Source: Callorhinchus milii
Taxonomy: Eukaryota
Reading direction: 5' to 3'
Length of the DNA stretch: 64,000 nt
Assembly (NCBI RefSeq): GCF_018977255.1
Contig: NW_024704758.1
Location: 10,168,001-10,232,000, forward strand
Below, piece by piece: positions 37,731 through 50,687 of this stretch (the first letter of the stretch is position 1; every line of letters starts with the position of its first letter). A program made the position numbers and the translations under genes. The notes beneath the pieces were generated by a model. It had not been told where the DNA came from. It ran no database searches and worked only from the letters and a program-made list of their open reading frames with translations.

Positions 37731-38559
37731 TCTGTGGCCTTCTGTGGAAATGGCCCTCAATTTCACTTAGTTTCCAAATTAATTGTTATTTTATTTTAAA
37801 ATCTAGTGTCGTGGAAAATTCTTATTCAGTCTGATTTGGAAACATGTTTTCACCTGCAGTCCTTAAAAAGAACTGGATTCCAAATTAAGATTCAATGTTA
37901 GAATTTTCCCCAGCCCTGTTCAGTTTAAATTTAAAGCCAAAAAGGTTTTGTAAACTGGGTAGATTTCCCGCTTGACATCATTTAGTTTTAAAAAAATGCA
38001 TTGAAAACAACCACAAATATAATTTCTAAGAAGCTGTTTACATATTTGTGCCATTAAAAGCTGATTGAGTTCAAAACTTTAGATTGTGAGCAATATGCAA
38101 CATTATGTAAATGCGCTTACTCCCTTGAGGCTGTACATTGTAATTCGAAAGATATCAATATTCAAACTGTAACTGAAATGTAGATTACATGACATGAAAT
38201 ACAGACTACACAATTGTACATCTGGACCAATACATTATATGAGTCTCAATTGCCAGCTGCCATTTAAGCAGGGAAAGCTGCAATGTGATAGTAGCACAAT
38301 TGTGCAGTGACATTTTGTGCCTCTGTGCATGTGAGCCACCAATTTGAAATAGATCTGCTACTCAGACTTACGATGACTTCAGTTGCACCAGAAGTTTGTC
38401 AATCAACTGTATGAAGCCCTTTGAGACATTCTCCCAATGTGAAAGGTATAAATGTGTAAATGTAAATTGTTGTTCTTCTTATTTCAGTTGACACTAAATA
38501 TTTCTCAGCCTCTGGAGATTTGTTGTTAATACGATGTGCAGAATTATGCCCTCAAGCCC

Positions 38560-38748
38560 GATGTCACTTTGCTTCTCCACGTCCCTCGCCCGTCCCGTCC
38601 CAGGAACAGTGGTCGGGCCTTCAGCCTCTCTGCCCCTACCCTTTGGAACTCCATCACACAATCCCTTTACTTTGCTCCCTCTCTTGCCTCCTTCAAGGCC
38701 TGTCTCAAGACCCTCCTCTTTGACCGCACCTTTGGTCACCCTCACATC
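38560..38748 (+). mobile_element. L2 LINE ORF2 C-terminal fragment
   Basis: LLHVPR...GRAFSLSAPTLWNSI..SL..APSLASFKACLKTLLF. Confidence 0.9.
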
Positions 38749-39046
38749 AAGTAACAAAAAACAATGTTGATCCCAAAATGATTAATTTCCACATATCAAT
38801 GATTCTCAATTACAAATAATGTCTTTGAATGCACTCAATGTGAGAAAATATCAACCCCCAAAGACTTTTTTGACATATAGATGAGTGATTGTCTGGTATT
38901 TTGACAGTTTAAAAAATATTAAATTAGCTCCATCTGAGACACAGCCTTAAGGGCAATCCAGACCGCACGCTTTAGAATGATCAGATTCCTATGGTTAAGT
39001 GTGTAGATGCCGCATGAGATCAAAGTGCAGCCGGTATGTTGTCAAC

Positions 39047-39366
39047 TTGGCTCAGTTGATAGCACACTCGCCTCTGGACAAGAGGTTTTGTGTTCAATTT
39101 CTATGTCTGGACTTTGAGCTCATGGTCTAGGTTGATCCAGTGTTGAGGGAGTTCTGCATCGTCACAGATCCTGTGTTTAAGGTGAGACTTTAAACTTAAT
39201 TTCAGATGGATGTTAGAAATCCCATGATTTCCCATCAAAAGGAAAAATAAGTTTCTTCTAAGTGTCCTAGCCAACAAACCTCAAGATAAATTGACCATTC
39301 ACTTCATAGATTCTTGTGAAACAATGTTACATGCAAATAGGTGGCTACGTTTTGACAACAAATACA
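39047..39366 (+). mobile_element. Old DeuSINE, near full length
   Basis: Collinear with the 30127-30535 copy: head TGGCTCAGTTGATAGCAC, TGAGGGAGTTCTGCA, GATGGATGTTAGAAATCCCATG, GTGTCCTAGCCAA. Confidence 0.8.
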
Positions 39367-39434
39367 TGGTCATAGCAATTAATAGCATGACCAAGCTTGA
39401 AGTTTTCCATATCAAATAGGCAATTTCCAACAGG

Positions 39435-39624
39435 GATAGCCTCTGCCTTGCCCCTTCCTTCCCCGTTTTCAGGTTGCGCCTGAAGACCTTTGTATTCGAC
39501 CGTGCCTATGGTCACCTCCCCCTCTCCCCAGCTCAGAGTCGTGCTCCACCACTGTCAAGCGCTCTGGGATGCTATCCTGCGTGAGGGGCGCTATATAAAT
39601 GCAAGTAGTAGTTGTTGTTGTTGT
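39435..39624 (+). mobile_element. L2 LINE 3' end
   Basis: ORF end RLRLKTFVFDRAYGH, 3'UTR AAGCGCTCTGGGATG...GGCGCTATATAAATGCAAG, (GTT)n tail. Confidence 0.9.
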
Positions 39625-39947
39625 GATCACTGGCAGGATCACTGGCCAAACGATCCATTATTCATCCCTTTCTATCCTGTGGATGCAATGCTGCTTACCT
39701 TCCCTTGCTGAGTATAGTAAATTCAGCACAGTAAAAGCTACACATTACACTTAGCTAGTGAGCTCAAGTCACTCAACTGTAATGTCCGCAGTAATCAAAT
39801 AGCCTATCATTACTCTCACTCTCACTCTTGGGTGAGCAACCAGAGAGTGACCATCATCTTCCTCATCATGGAAGGAAAAAAGGAGTCAAAAACCTTCAAG
39901 AAATGGGAAGGAGAGAAAATCAGTGGAAATAAATTGGCAAGAAGACC

Positions 39948-40268
39948 AATAATAATAATAATAATCCTTGCATTTGATATAGCGCTTTTCACGTCGGGAG
40001 GACATCCAAAAGCGCTTCACAGAACACACTGTAAAGTGAATTGACTGTATATTTATGGGCGAACGCAGCAGCCAATTGCGCACAGCAATGTCCCACAAAC
40101 AGTCGTAGATTGAAAATGACCAATTTTTATTATTGTTTTTGGTTTTGGAGGGATTATTATTAGGCTCTGTGTAAGGAAACTTGCCCACGGTTTCGCCCTC
40201 TGCCTGGAATTGAACTCAGGTCTCTCGCTTACAAAGCGAGTGCTCTAACCACTGAGCTACAGGACTCC
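39948..40268 (-). mobile_element. Full-length young tRNA(Ala)-headed SINE
   Basis: Near-identical to the 21404 copy apart from a few substitutions and a short deletion. Confidence 0.95.
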
Positions 40269-42821
40269 TCCAAGAATGTAACTCACAAGAGTATTTCACT
40301 GAAAACTATGGTAGGGCAATATGTTTCTGGTGGTGTTAGAGTAAATGAGTTTGCAACGGTACACTGAATCATTCATTCTTAGACTGAACCAAGCGTTTTA
40401 AGTTCTGCTACTGTGAAGGCAATGTTTTCAAATGTAGTATTGCATTAATCTTCAAAAATTCGGAAATAATTACTGCACTCGTGCTAATGGCATTCATGAC
40501 ACGGTGACCCTTAGATACGTGTACAAAGCAGATTGCTACCAAAATAGTGTAAGAAAATGCACAGTGTCACTGATATGAATCTTTAGGCTTTTCTGTTGAG
40601 ATATTTTTGGAAGAATGTTATTTGGGTTGTGGGTATAAAAAAGTTGTCAGTTCAAAGGCTATAGCAGTTAAGGAAGAAAGCTAGGAAAAAAGGACAATGT
40701 TATGATAATAAAAGTGCACACTGTGACTAATTTTTATCAGTCAATTGAAGGTTGAAATCGTTTCTGGAGAATTGAAACGTTTAATTTCTCCTTGTATCAG
40801 GAGATACAGAATGTGAATTGTTTGTTTTGTATTCTTCTCATTTCATTGTTTTATCCCTCTCCATTGATCAAATGAATGCTGGACTGATTAATGGACCTGA
40901 ATCACATCCTGTGCCTGCCATTCGTTCTGTGCTCTGCTGAGAATGTAGCCTTTTTAAAGTTTTATCACGAAAACAAGTCGGCCGACATTCTACATGGGAG
41001 ACTGCAATTCAAATATATTGAATACTTGAGTTTTTCTAAAAAAAAGACAACTCACTGGTCTGATTCACATAAGATCCACCTGTGGGTCACTCTGCGAGAT
41101 TCCGCACAGAGGTCTCACAGCCTCTCCAGGGTGCAGCAAAGGAACTCACCACATAGGATTCATCCTTTTTGATCTGCACCTTCTGCCGGTTAGTTTTGGA
41201 GTAGCATCATTTGAAAAAAATACACAGTCACATGAAAGATCACATTCTGGAAGATGGCACAAATGCTATGAATGAAGGAAGAATGCATGATGAAAACATC
41301 CCTTTACTTTAGTTGTGACCAGTAACCCTATTCAATCAATGTATCAGTTCAGTTGTGCAATCAGTTTCCATTCCAGATCCAGAATTGATTCCCATATAAA
41401 TTGTGGGAAAAAGAGTTTCTTGAAACCAAGTTGTTTTCTGGTGGTTTTCATAGAAACGGCAGATAAAAGCAATTATTGCCCTGGCATTACCTATACAATT
41501 ACTGTTTTTTACAGAAACTACATATAAACAATCAGTTTTAATAATACTGATGTCTTCAACAGATTTTTATGCATTCGCCCACAAAAACAGTCACTCCACT
41601 TTGCAATGTATCCTGTGAAACGTCTTGAGACCAAATGTAAGGATTACTATTATCATTTCAATGTGAAGTGTTAGTTTTTTGTCATAACCCCCAGTGAGTT
41701 TTCTTTTGATTAATAAAGCAATAAAGGCAACATTTAGGAAAGAGAATTTCTTGAAATTCAGTGCAGATACTTTATTGTCAGTCCAGCAAAGTGCAGTGTC
41801 GCTACACTTTACAATAAATCCTGCAGTGTGCTTTGCAATGTCCTCCCAGTGTGTCTGTTGCAAGGATTATCATTATATTCTCAACCACAATTGTCCTTAG
41901 ATTGAATACAATTTAAAACAAGGAGATGTTTTGCCTCATCTCTTGGAGCAGAGTTGAATATGCTCTGCCGATGGAACAAATGACATGAAAGCTGTTTATC
42001 TGTCTGAACAAATTGGGCTCACTAATCAGGCTGAAAGAAAATGAGTATTGATCCAATTAAACATGGTTATACCAGGTTACAAGCAACTGGCTGCAGTTTC
42101 CTCAGGAATCATCAGGGAAGTGCATAGAACAATCAATTTATATTAGTCGCATTTATTTTGAGAGATACATTACACTTGAATGGTAAGTGAATAAAACGAG
42201 TTGTTATCCAAAGAGCTAATATCTCTTGGACCTTGCTTTGCTAATTGCACACCATGCAGACTTGTTGTAAAAGGACAGAAATGAACAACAACATACAAAT
42301 TCAGTTTTCCGATCATTCCAGAGAGCCATATGAACTTACGGCACAGAAGAAAGCCATTTAGCCCATCATGTCTGTGCCAGCTCCCTCAAGAGCAATTCAA
42401 TTGAAAACCAACATGTTCTTCAGCTGATCGTTATTAAATGCTTTTAATTACTGCTTTTATTCATACTATACTAAAGGCAGTGATTAGCTGTGTTTATAAT
42501 CTAGGAGAATTGGCAATGGTGTCCACTCATTACTGACAGCATAAGGGGTGGTTTCATCTTTGAAGAGTTTGATCAGACCATTGCTTTTGAAACTGCAGAA
42601 AGTGGGAGTATTGTGTGGCAAGTCACTGAAATAAGCCAATATTCAAAAAACAATATCAGCCATTTCAAGAAGAAAATTTCCAAAAGAGTTTTTGAACTGC
42701 AGTTAGGTTAAACATTGCACAGTTAAGAGCAAATGTCCCTGCAAATGTCTTTGACTAACAATGTCGAATAAGCCTACATCAAAGGAGCTAACTTTATCAG
42801 GATTCTTTACACCAATTTGCT

Positions 42822-43555
42822 TGTGTCAGCTGTGCAGGGTAAGTAAACATGTTTTATTTCTGGAAATGAATGTCACAGCTATTAAGCAGACATTGCTACA
42901 GATGCAGCTAACACTTGTGTTTACCAAATGCTGGGGCCTGATGAGAAACTAGTTCTGCTCAGACTGGTAGCTCATGTGTTTGTGTCACACTGACGTTGCA
43001 TTTAGTTAGCGTGCAAAAGTATCAAAGAGCTAGGAAAAGTGTTGTGAATACCAAGCAGGGAAATATAAAAATGTTAACCAAAGGCGTGGTCAAAGAGATG
43101 GGAGGTTTTAGATGTTTTTCCTGCAGAGAAAATCTTCACCCACTGCTCACATTGCAGAACAAGCCATGTGGCCAGTGAGTTAACCAAGCATAAGCAAATG
43201 CATGCCAAGGTTTGGATTTTTTCATTAGCATTTGGTACATTCATTTCTGTGTGTCCATTTATGTGTAGTTGGGTTGGTATCTTTTAATTGTATGGTGACA
43301 GAGTTGTGTGACCATGCTTATTTGGTTGCTATAGTGACAGGTAGAAAACTTGTGGATGCTGAGAGGAAGTGGGTGGATGCAGGATTTTTGTGTCAGCTGT
43401 GCAGTGTAAGTAAACATGTTTTATTTCTGGAATTGGATGTCACAGTTATTAGACAAATATTGCTATAGTTACAGCTAGAACTTGCTAGCAGATCTGTGTT
43501 TAACGTGAATGCTGGGGCCATATGAGAAAATAGTTCTGCTCGGACCATTACCTCA
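42822..43555 (+). repeat. Diverged direct repeat pair (42822-42974 and 43389-43555)
   Basis: Both units read TGTGTCAGCTGTGCAG.GTAAGTAAACATGTTTT...ATGCTGGGGCC..ATGAGAAA.TAGTTCTGCTC.GAC...CTCA. Confidence 0.9.
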
Positions 43556-44559
43556 CACGCGTGAGAGAGGCTATTTCTACATATGCAAGATAATGATCAT
43601 TTATTGCATTACGTTTTAGCCGCATGTGTTGTACAAAATTCCCTTTGACGTATTTTACAGAGCAGAATGGGTGAGTGGTGTAATGCAGATCTGCCTGTGG
43701 CAGTGGACGTCTGAAGTGGTGTAATTATCAATAGAGGCTCAGATACCTCTGTAATTCTTCTCTTACTTTCTATTCATTTTATCTTTTGTTTTAGTTTCTT
43801 TCTTTGGTCAATATCTGCAGGCATCATGTTGGGCTGATTTGACCACACTTGTGAGGAGACTGTGACTAATGCAGAACAAGGACTGTGTAACAACAGAGGA
43901 ACGATGTTACACTGGATAGATAGGCAGGGAAAAAATTAAATTCTGAGGGAACTTTTCTGACCGTATACATCAGATAAATTAATTTTTTTAAATATAAAAC
44001 CTTAATTGCACTCATTTTGAAGCATTAAGCTCCTCTTAACAGTGCATTGAGCAAAATCTCCCGAGCAGAGATGCCACACAAGACAATGCCATTTTTCATT
44101 CCAGGTCCACTATTGATTTTAAATAACTTTCTACTTACTGAAATAAATCATTCTGTGTTATCAGGTTGTTCAGTACTTTGCAGGTTTCTGCACAAATATT
44201 GAGCACCTGAGGAGGTTATCCAGAGACAGAACCTGCAACAATGGCAAATTATTGCCGCATAATCATCGGCAGTGTTTGATCCAATTTCTTCTCAAAAGTT
44301 AACACAAAATATTCCGAACTGTAACAGTAGAGAGAAAAAGCAGTAAACACTATAACTGCAAAATTAAGGCTTTTTACTTCACAATACACTTAAAATCAGA
44401 AAAAGAGGTGTTTAGAAGGAACATAGAAAGGTAGAATATATTGGCCACCTGTATTTTATTAATTACAATTATGTCACAAGATCACAAAAGAGAGTTTACA
44501 TGAAGGCAGTTCTTTAGCCCATTTGATCTCTTGACTCAATTTTCCCGAATATCCAGGCC

Positions 44560-44905
44560 CATACTTGAGATCTTAGTTTAGGTAGACACTCCAATGCCGT
44601 ACTGTATTGTTGCAGATCCTGTCTTTCGGAGATGTTAAACCAAGGTACTGCCTGTTGAGGTAGACATTGTATTCTGTGAAGCGCTTTGGGACGTCCTCCC
44701 GACGTGAAAAGCGCTATATCAAATGCAAGGATTATTATTATTATTAAAACTGGTATCCTGGCCAATAGTTATCCAGAGGTGTCACTCACATAATTACTCC
44801 ACTGGACATTGCTGTATCCAAATTGGCTGTCACGTTTGTCAATAAATAAACGAACATTCATTACACTCGTGTATATATATAGGCATCAAATGCAATGATT
44901 AGTTA
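44560..44905 (+). mobile_element. Old DeuSINE interrupted by a young SINE tail (44666-44746)
   Basis: Deu blocks GTCTTTCGGAGATGTTAAACC before and TCCTGGCCAATA...GGACATTGCTGT..AAATTGGCTG after a near-consensus young tail. Confidence 0.8.
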
Positions 44906-47349
44906 TATATTACCAAACCTACTATGGATTTTTGGAACAATCTTAGCATTTCAAAGGAGTACCATGAGAATTATTAAACCGTAAAATAAGTTCTTACTTT
45001 GCAATTTTTTTTCCTTTGCAATGATGATTATTGTAAATCTTGCAGGAGCATGTTTACAAGAATAGGGAACCTCCCATTTTTAAATAATTTCTGCCATCAA
45101 TTCCAGTACAAAGAACACAGGAACATTCATTCACACCATATGATTGTTTAGAACGAAATAATCGAATTGGATGTATGCAAATTGAGCAAATCTTAACCTT
45201 GGTTTAGTTATGAAGTATGTATAGTATTGGTTCCCTAAACAAGTAGACACCAGATGATTGCCACATAAATGAAGTTCCAACAGCCCTGACAATTTGATTT
45301 CTTTCTTTTATCTTTTAAATCGAAGACAAATTTCAGCACCACAGGGTATGATATTCCTTGTCAAAACGGATCATATCCCTGGGTGGGAATGCTGTCGCTC
45401 CAACTATCTTTCAGCAAAATTAAAGCACAGTTGTCACCAGAAAAGAATGATGTACCTAAACAAGAAATGTGCTTGTCAGAAAAGACAAATGATCACATTT
45501 CAACTGCATTCTGTTCTCAGAGACACATCTGGAAATCAACACCCCAGGACAAAATGCTTCCTGCTTTCTGAGTATTTCTCTGTTGGCTTGTTTTTCACAG
45601 TAGTCTTTTGTGGAACATGCCTGCAACAAATTTCATTGCAGTGCAAATTCAACAATGGGAAATAAAAGACTTCACTAATTTTCTGCTTCTAAGGCCGTTT
45701 AATGAAACTTTCTGGGGTGTAAATGAAACGGAGCACACAACACAATTTTCAGTCTCATGGAACAAATGTTACTTTTTGGTTTCTCAGTCCTCTAACCCAG
45801 AACAATTTCCTGTTCCACAATGGACACTGATGGAGATGTGTATTCTAATCTTACTGCTGGAATGGAAATCCTATTTACTTGTATCGGGACAGAAATTACC
45901 ATTTGTGCGCCAAATTGTGTTTATTTGCCTCTAAACTGGTGTCAATTTGTGGAGATGTGTTAAGCTAAAACCCCAGTAAAATACACAGTATTGTCTTAAT
46001 GTCCTCCCGACGTGAAAGGCACCATCCAAATGTAATTCTGTATTGTATTTTACTGGAGGGTTTTACATAACTTGGTAGAAAATGGCCATTAACAGAGGGA
46101 CCATTATTGTTGTGTTTTACAGTAATTCAACTTACTTCGGTGAGTCCTATAAATAACTATTATTATACTGATATTCCTTGTTTCTCATTTATTTTAGTTA
46201 ACAGGAGCATTGCTGTTTATTTATTGGAATTTATCTTTCGAATTCCCAGCAGTCTGGTTAGGAGGAGCCACAGTGATATTTAATATGCAGAATGCTTTGC
46301 GTGAATCCACCATGGCCATCTCTGACATTATTTCCACTGACCAATAAATATGGAAATGTGTCTGAATGCATTTGGATAATAAGTCAGTCCATAGAATAAA
46401 TAGGCATAAACATAAGACATAAATCTCCTGGACGTCAAACATCTAATTTCACATGGAAACAGGAGTAGCCCATTCAGTGCACCACAACTGTATTCGTTCA
46501 TGGCAGCTATTTAAAGATTTAATCCCATTTCTTCACATCTCTTAATAAATACTCTTCCCCCCCAAGTATCCATCTATATCCTTTATAAATACCACATTTC
46601 AGTCTGCACATCTTGTCTTCTGGGCCAATGCTTTCTGTATCACTGTATCGCAGTTCTTTGTGGTGAGGAAATGTTTTCTGGATTCGCATTTCACCAGCTT
46701 TGCTCCAAATGTAATGCTACTATTAATAATCCTTGCACTTGACGTCGCTCCTATGGAGTCATCAAAATATCTCAATGCGCTTCAGAAAATAATACTATAA
46801 AGTGTAGTGGCTGTAGATGTTGTTGGCAAATGAATAGCCAGGAACAAATCTGGAAGCAAAGAAACAGGAGGTGTGCCTTTTCTGAGGACTCTGACATGCT
46901 GCTGAATAATTCTTCCTTCTTCAGTGGGCATACAATACCTGCATAGTTAAGGCCTACTGTTGAAATATGCATGAGCTATCTGTTTGTGCAAATATAGCTA
47001 TACATGTGCCAGTTTATAATTCCTGCATTTGTGGAAACCCAGCAATTTAGAACAATCCCCACTGCCTCATCTTTTGTTTCTGAACCTTGTGCATCAAGGT
47101 TGAAGCTTTTCAGCACAAAGCTTCTTTCACCTGATGTACTTATTGCAGGGCAGAAGGTTGCACAAACGCCACTCATACCCTTGCTTTTGCCTGGAAGGAT
47201 CCTCAGGCAAACGCATTCAATGCAGTTGTAACCTTCCATGCCACAGGCAGCCCCGAGGGCAATATGCTCCTTGTTGACAGATCCCCTGATAAAATGTGAC
47301 AGAGATCGGTTAGTGCCTGTTTGGAAATCTACAACCTCCTTAGGCATCG

Positions 47350-47610
47350 CTCCTCTGACGTGCCCAAGCATGACTGCGCGCTCCCTCCCTCCGCACCATT
47401 ACGCAGTCTTTCAATCCGTAAATTCCCCGTGAATCTTTCCATGTTGGTGCCAGCCTTCTATCCTGTCTCGGCACCCGCTTGCGCTGTGGGTACCGATTGT
47501 AAGCAGGCAGCACAACCACACAAAGTCTATTCCGTCCAGTATGTGGGCTATTGCGATTCACTAATATAAAGGAAGCTGAGCAGTTGCGGATCTCCACCTT
47601 TAATGCATAG
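47350..47610 (+). promoter_or_regulatory. CpG-enriched patch with TATA-like and CRE-like motifs (possible promoter)
   Basis: About 15 CpGs by hand count, TGACGTG at 47356-47362, TATAAAG at 47565-47571. Confidence 0.25.
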
Positions 47611-48128
47611 CTAAAGGTCACTTCTGGACGCTGGCAGGGAAAGCAAACAACATTTTCTTGCAGGAACTGGGAAAGTAACTTTGTGACAAAGTCACTCAGT
47701 AAAAAAAAAACACTGTGAAGCTTTGTGCGTCAACCAAATACTCCACTTAGACCCTCAGCTGGAATCTGTGTTTGAAAGCCTCTTGTCATTGTCTCCGTTG
47801 ATGAAAGTGCACTGTTTGGTACTGAGTACAGTTGCACTAAATGGAGGGGGAGAAAGTAACCATGGCAGCAAAAATCATGAGCTACCTCTTTCCCTGCCAT
47901 TCCACTGCTTTCCTTCCTGTGGTGTAAATGGTTTTAACAGCACGGTGCAGGTACAGATCTTTGTTTTTAAAGAAACATCACTTCTCTACTTGAATCATAA
48001 GAAATTCCCAACTGTATGTAAATACTATTTAAAACTCCCTGCATGTAAGGTGAATAATAACAGGATGGTGGACATGCCATGAAGTGTAGTGACTGTATGT
48101 TTTGTAGGTGAAACGCAACAGCCAATAG

Positions 48129-48340
48129 CTGTCGCCTCTCTCTGGAACTCCATCTTGGAGCCCTTCACCTCATCCCCTGCCCCCCAACCTTTGAAGCCGG
48201 CCTTAAGACCCGTCTCTTCAAAGCCCCACCCAGCATCCTTCTCAGTGGTTCTCTTTCTCCCCTCTCCCAGCTCAGTCAGTAACGTTGAAACGTTCTCCCG
48301 ACATGAAAAGTCCATATATGTCTAAATTGTTGTTTGTTGT
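48129..48340 (+). mobile_element. Old L2 3' end abutting an opposite-strand SINE fragment (about 48080-48128)
   Basis: SLWNSI...LKTRLF-like ORF end, CCCCTCTCCCAGCTCAG 3'UTR (as at 39520-39536), degenerate GTT tail. Confidence 0.75.
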
Positions 48341-49312
48341 ATATCGGATCTTGCTTTTCACTGAAAATTCTGACAAATTCTGATGATGGCGAAGTTTGGA
48401 GTCGGTTGTTGTCTCGTGTATAGTTTTTTGTAGCACACATGATGTGATCTTACAGCTTACATGGAATGCACATGTGACAGGAGCTGCAGTAGATGATTTT
48501 GACTCACTTCAGTTCAGACACACTATGAAACAGATGAGGTTAGAGTAGCGTTCTGCATCCACGAGTTGGAAAAATAGTTGTCGTGAAAGATGTTGTCACA
48601 TATGTGGGACAATATATATGTGCTCCTTTCTGATTTACAATGAGAATCCAGCACTACACATTTCAACTAAAAATTAGGCATTCGTATAAATAAGAAATAG
48701 CAGCAAAAAATTCTACTTCAAAGTCACCCAATGTTGATCTATATTGTATTTACTTTGCTTTATTGCGTGTGTTAGCTCTCTGTTGGCTTATCTGGATATG
48801 TTGTATAAATATCAAATAAATAAATTAATAAAGTAAGCAAAATTTGATTCACAAAACAGCATATTTGCATTGTAGTATTTAGGGATTTCACAGTTATCGA
48901 GTTAAAAGCATAATCATGTAAACAGCTTAAAAAATGATCATTTTGAGAAACCTTTTGCCAGCAGAATAACCAGGGAAAATATTTTCGCGGAGAAAATTTA
49001 AAGGTGTGGTTTCCTGGGTTCCAAGGTTCAATGGCAACTGCACTGGATTTATGATTGCAAGCAATAATTTGCAATAATTAATGAGAGCAATAATTTTTGC
49101 CCAGAAAAGTGCAGGTGTCAAACAACCAGATTTGGAAACAAGCCCTGTTGTTGAGATGACATTGAAAAGGTAATTTTGGCAGCGTATTGAGTCACACCCA
49201 CTGCATGCCATGAGGCTGGCTCTTTAATAACAATACCTATTTGTACGTGTGCAGAATATTGATATAAAGGCCAATGCTTCAAGGAGCAGGAAGTATAAGT
49301 GCTCCTCTTGCT

Positions 49313-50261
49313 TTGCTATTTTATTTTCAGGGACCAAAAAAAACTACAAATCCAGAACGAGACAAACTGCAAATCCAGTGGACAAATTACAGTTTTACAA
49401 CAATTATTTTGTTTGCAATTGGAAAATTCTAATGGCTTTAGGTTCAGAAGCACGGTGTGCTTTGTCTTCATTAAGGTGTCAGAAGCCTTTGTCAGTCGTT
49501 GTCTATCCATTTAAGTGAATCTGAAACCATGGCAGTGAATTAATGGAAGAATAGCTATCTCAAGTTAGTTCTTTCACAGACTCTTAAAAGTATTCCCAGT
49601 CTCTCCAAGATTCTTCAGGCGATACGTGCTCATGTTAATGTTTTGATTTACATCAACATGTCAAAGAGCAGGTTATTTTATGGTCATTGTCACAACTACA
49701 GATTAGTAGTGAAAAGCTCATGGTTCAAACCTTCAAACAATAAAATTGCCAATGAGCACTTTCTGAAACAATAAAATCCGCTTGCACTTTCTAGATTTAA
49801 TGCTTAGCATCGCAAGCCAAAAATTGGACACATGAGGAATACGGCAGACAGATCAGAGCTTGTTACACAATGAAGATTTCTGAGAACTTAAAAGAAACTT
49901 GTACATCATTTTAGTTTTATTTTCCTGTTCCCTCTTCTCCTCAGGACAGTAAATTTTGCTAAAGTACGTTTCAACAGGTCTTACCAACTCTTGGCCAAGT
50001 GGTCATTTGAAACACACAAGCACATTGTCTTCTATAAGACATTTCAGTACAATTGCTTCTCAGGAACAATAGAGAGCAGCTCATTCCTTTTAAATGAATA
50101 ACCTTTATCCCCCAAGTGGTGTTTAGTCACATTTATAAAGATAGACATTGACAAGTTCTGTAAAATGCCTTGCATTTACTGCTGGAAGTGACACAGTAAT
50201 GCTTTGCATTTACTGCTGGAAGTAACACAGTTTTTTTTGGTCCCTGAAAATAAAATTGCAA
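49313..50261. repeat. 33-bp inverted repeat (32/33 identical) bounding a 949-bp segment
   Basis: 49313-49345 TTGCTATTTTATTTTCAGGGACCAAAAAAAACT versus the reverse complement of 50229-50261, TTGCAATTTTATTTTCAGGGACCAAAAAAAACT. Confidence 0.95.
50164..50231. repeat. 34-bp tandem duplication (32/34 identical)
   Basis: AATGC(C/T)TTGCATTTACTGCTGGAAGT(G/A)ACACAGT twice. Confidence 0.95.
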
Positions 50262-50687
50262 CCAAGGTTGTTGTGGATAATATTATGAGCACGCACAGAT
50301 TGGATGCATAATAAGAATGTCTACGCAATTATAAGATCGAATAAGAGCTACCTGCACTATTTATTAATTTAAAACATATTCCTTTTCCCTAAAAGATCAC
50401 TGTGATCCTCCTGCGAGCATCACTAGATTATAGGAAGGAATGAATAGTAGACCTTGATTAATTAGGATTATCAATCGGTGAATGTTTTTAACTTGCATTT
50501 AACTTCCCATTTGTTGACATTTAAAAACTTTGTAACAGTCCTCTGTAAACGAGGGACAAAGAGACCAGAATAGAGAGTGAGACAGAGCAGGCAAATACAA
50601 ATAGGGGAGATGAAAGGAAACCCAGAGGGAACAAAAGAAGATTAACCAGGAGAAAAACTCTAAACTAACAAAAATGCTCCAAAAAGT

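Noticed and set aside
39886-40188. Family of similar ORFs ending KRYIKCKDYYY (also 8038, 23050, 50835 and related frames)
   Set aside because: These are translations of the non-coding SINE; their similarity reflects the repeat, not a protein family.
45332-45348. REST/RE1 site (TTCAGCACCAC)
   Set aside because: Only the left half matches; the GGACAG right half is absent.
46976-47371. 131-aa minus-strand ORF
   Set aside because: No recognisable domain or convincing splice context; overlapping ORFs on both strands are expected from the locally higher GC.
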